Shown: one piece after another, positions 61,706 through 64,000 of the stretch
How positions within the stretch are numbered: the first letter of the stretch is position 1
How the letters are laid out: every line of letters begins with the position of its first letter
Assembly (NCBI GenBank): GCA_963693055.1
Contig: OY843751.1
Span: 672,001-736,000 of the forward strand
DNA from: a bacterium
GTDB lineage: Bacteria; Zhuqueibacterota; Zhuqueibacteria; Residuimicrobiales; Krinioviventaceae
Length of the DNA: 64,000 bases
Direction: 5' to 3'
Translations under genes and position numbers: made by a program
Notes under the pieces: generated by a model
Told to the model about the DNA's origin: nothing
Databases searched by the model: none
The model's input: only the letters and a program-made list of their open reading frames with translations

Positions 61706-61729
61706 TAGTTGTTTATTTTTTTCAGAGTG

Positions 61730-62563
61730 TTACCATTTGTAGCTTAAAGTGATTTGAGAATTTCCCTCTGGGCTGATTTCTGGTAAAAGACTAAAGTTCT
61801 GGTTGGGTTTTGAAAAATCCGTAAACCATAGTAAATCAGATTGTGTATACAACCAGCATGCTGCGTACACAGATATGAGAATATTTCGGTTTTTGTAGGC
61901 CGAGTTGTAGGTATTGTATTGATCCTGAATAAGATCCGGATTTGTTTCTGAAATATAGTCTTTGCGTGCTTTGCTGCAATCCTGTATAGAGAAAACTGCT
62001 GCTGAAAATGTCAGAGCGTTAGCTCCTAAAAGCAGCCACCCCTTTTTCTTTTGACCATTATGAATGTGCCCCCAACCCGGTAAAATCAGCGATCTTTTGA
62101 GGCAGCTGGTTATCTGGCTTGAATTGTTGATCCATTTAACCAGGGTATCGGTTTTAGTTATGGTTTGTATTGTGGTTTTGACAGGTTCTGGCTCTTTTTC
62201 CTGTTCCTGTATTTGCATATTTTTAATTTCATTAAAAAAGGTTATAATTTTGGGTGAAATTGTTTTGGGGTCGAGCGTAAATTCAGGATCGATTAAAAGA
62301 ATAGATTTAAAATCTTTCAAGGCCTGATCCATATGCATTAATGCGTAATGAGATTGCGCGCGTAACTGATACACTGCTATGATCTGTTCCTGAGATAACT
62401 TGTCTTTATGGCGAAGTAACTGGTCTGAATTCTCAATGGCCTTTGCATATTCAAAAGATTTGAAATTTTGTTGAATGATATCAATTTTTGCATTGCCATT
62501 TTGACCAGAGGCAATTGATAAATAAATGAATAGTATGATAAAAACCCCTTTAAAAATCCTCAT
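61730..62563 (-). CDS. Exported TPR protein with C-terminal DUF5683-like membrane region
   Basis: Signal peptide, TPR helices 'A...F..IL.IDP.F.LD....SPKI...F', 'SLILPGWGH', hydrophobic hairpin, terminal strand. ATGA-coupled to the Kelch gene. Confidence 0.8.
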   Translation of the reverse strand: MRIFKGVFIILFIYLSIASGQNGNAKIDIIQQNFKSFEYAKAIENSDQLLRHKDKLSQEQIIAVYQLRAQSHYALMHMDQALKDFKSILLIDPEFTLDPKTISPKIITFFNEIKNMQIQEQEKEPEPVKTTIQTITKTDTLVKWINNSSQITSCLKRSLILPGWGHIHNGQKKKGWLLLGANALTFSAAVFSIQDCSKARKDYISETNPDLIQDQYNTYNSAYKNRNILISVYAACWLYTQSDLLWFTDFSKPNQNFSLLPEISPEGNSQITLSYKW

Positions 62564-63855
62564 TTTATCAACACCATTTTTTTTATTTCTGTGCCATATT
62601 CTGTAATCAATTGGTAAAAGTATACATCACTGCTGACAGGTGCATTATTGTCGTCTGTACCGTCCCAGGTTATTTGATGATATCCTGTCCCCAAGTTACT
62701 GCTTATCAGCGTTTTTACCAACATGCCGCGTGTATTGTATACTAACAGACGGGTATTTTGAGGTTTTGCGAGTTCAAAAGATATCAATGTATTGCTATTA
62801 AACGGATTGGGAAAGTTGTTATTCAGAACCATGCTCGAGACGGATTTAGATTCATCATCAATTTGGGTGGTATTTCCATCCAGATTCAGTTTTTCAATAA
62901 AGGGAACAGCCTTGTCTTCACTGTTCAGTCCACCAAAGACATAGATCGTATTGTCGAAATTGACGGCCATACATTCTTTTCTGGCATAGTTTAAAACAGA
63001 ACTCTTTTCTGAAGCGTAACCAAATTGAGTTAAGGAATACACTTCTACAGTGTCCATTGCAGTTAATGTTTCGTTAAATCCACCAATCAGATAGATGCTT
63101 TGATCGAGGCCGGTAACAGCTGCGCCACCTGCTCTTGCGTCTGCCATGTCAGGATAAATTCGTTCATAGCTTTCTTCTAGCAGATTAAATTTGTACACTC
63201 TTTTCGTAGGTACGAAAAAAACGCCACCAAAAATAAACATATCCTGATTGATTATTGCGACCATTTGGTGATAAGGAGTCTGCGCGTCAATATTGCTATA
63301 TGCAAAAGAAAGGGGGGATGTGCTTTTGCTTGCCAGGTTATATTTTACAACATAGGGAATGGGATTGTCAGTTTCAACTTTTCCCGGATATCCGCCCAAT
63401 ATGTATAAAATATCTCCATAAACCGCACCTGCTGAATTTACCCTGTTTGTAGTATCATCAAAGCTGATCCGGGACGAGGTATAGTCGGAATATTGAATTT
63501 TTTCAAAATTTTCGATCTTTGCCGTGTCTCCTGCAGTACCCCCAAATGCAATAATATCATTGTGATAGGTATCCGCGACAAATCCTGAGCGAGGGAATTC
63601 CAGGTGTCCTGTAATAGTCCATGATTCATCAACAGGATTGTAAACCTGTATTGTATCTGTGGGGAGTCCGGTGGTAGCCGAGTTGCCGCCCAAAATCACA
63701 ATTTTGGAATCAATAATCAGGGCCTGGCCATTATAAACCGGAAATGGCATTTCACCCTCAACGATCCAACCGTTTGTATTGGATGCTGCCGGGTTTGCCA
63801 CAACTGCTATCATTAGCAGCAAGAGTTTTAAAATTGTTCTAGTATATCGTTTCAT
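62560..63855 (-). CDS. Secreted Kelch-repeat beta-propeller with T9SS-like CTD
   Basis: Six 'GG' Kelch blades (ILGG, AFGG, ILGG, IFGG, LIGG, VFGG), 'NNFPNPFN...SSDVYFY...KKMVLIK'. Confidence 0.92.
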   Translation of the reverse strand: MKRYTRTILKLLLLMIAVVANPAASNTNGWIVEGEMPFPVYNGQALIIDSKIVILGGNSATTGLPTDTIQVYNPVDESWTITGHLEFPRSGFVADTYHNDIIAFGGTAGDTAKIENFEKIQYSDYTSSRISFDDTTNRVNSAGAVYGDILYILGGYPGKVETDNPIPYVVKYNLASKSTSPLSFAYSNIDAQTPYHQMVAIINQDMFIFGGVFFVPTKRVYKFNLLEESYERIYPDMADARAGGAAVTGLDQSIYLIGGFNETLTAMDTVEVYSLTQFGYASEKSSVLNYARKECMAVNFDNTIYVFGGLNSEDKAVPFIEKLNLDGNTTQIDDESKSVSSMVLNNNFPNPFNSNTLISFELAKPQNTRLLVYNTRGMLVKTLISSNLGTGYHQITWDGTDDNNAPVSSDVYFYQLITEYGTEIKKMVLIK

Positions 63856-63882
63856 AACACCATTAACTTTTATATCAACTCG

Positions 63883-63898
63883 TACAAAAACTATACCG
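63883..63898 (-). promoter_or_regulatory. Second, weaker sigma54 promoter candidate
   Basis: Minus strand CGGTAT-AGTTT-TTGTA with correct GG/TTG spacing, 27 nt upstream of the Kelch ATG. Confidence 0.35.
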
Positions 63899-64000
63899 CA
63901 ATTGCGTTTTAATTTCCGGTTACGAGATGTTCAAAATTGAGTTGATAGATCAAGGTTTCCTTTTTTGCAATGTGAATGATTTCCTGTACGGATTGGTAAT

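Noticed and set aside
63909-64000. 3' end of an upstream CDS on the minus strand (…IYQLNFEHLVTGN*)
   Set aside because: Only 30 codons visible with no recognisable motif; could equally be promoter DNA.

Overview
Bacterial chromosome segment, most likely from an FCB-superphylum lineage such as candidate division KSB1 or Calditrichota. This is inferred from seven secreted proteins ending in a YPNPFN-type FlgD/T9SS-like C-terminal sorting domain (CTD), Tat-lipoproteins, and the EIIC-EIID-HPr-EI-metK-ahcY gene order. Core blocks are the Rrf2-sufBCD-sufT-Rieske-sufS-sufU operon (29.2-35.8 kb), ppiD, the PTS genes plus metK-ahcY (38.6-44.7 kb) and an archaeal-type GlmU-like enzyme. Accessory content includes scattered glycan-active enzymes (GHL10-like, GH137-like, PL5-like lyase, beta-helix, sulfatase) and a TonB receptor-YfiR-CHASE8/PAS kinase module. 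A rearranged, partly AT-rich region (45.2-50.5 kb) holds a cold-shock gene between two ~90% identical copies of a lipoprotein 3' end, a decayed REP/RAYT element, an intact-looking toxin-antitoxin-SecB-like chaperone (TAC) triad, an IS remnant and a beta/gamma-crystallin lipoprotein. The best candidate for an undescribed system is a five-gene secreted cluster at 55.0-63.9 kb: Kelch-CTD, TPR, vWA-CTD and two VIT-vWA-CTD paralogues, one with a degenerate MIDAS. It carries a sigma54-type promoter, an IHF-consensus site and an enhancer-like palindrome. No rRNA, tRNA or CRISPR array was recognised. All family assignments are by visual motif recognition, not database search.
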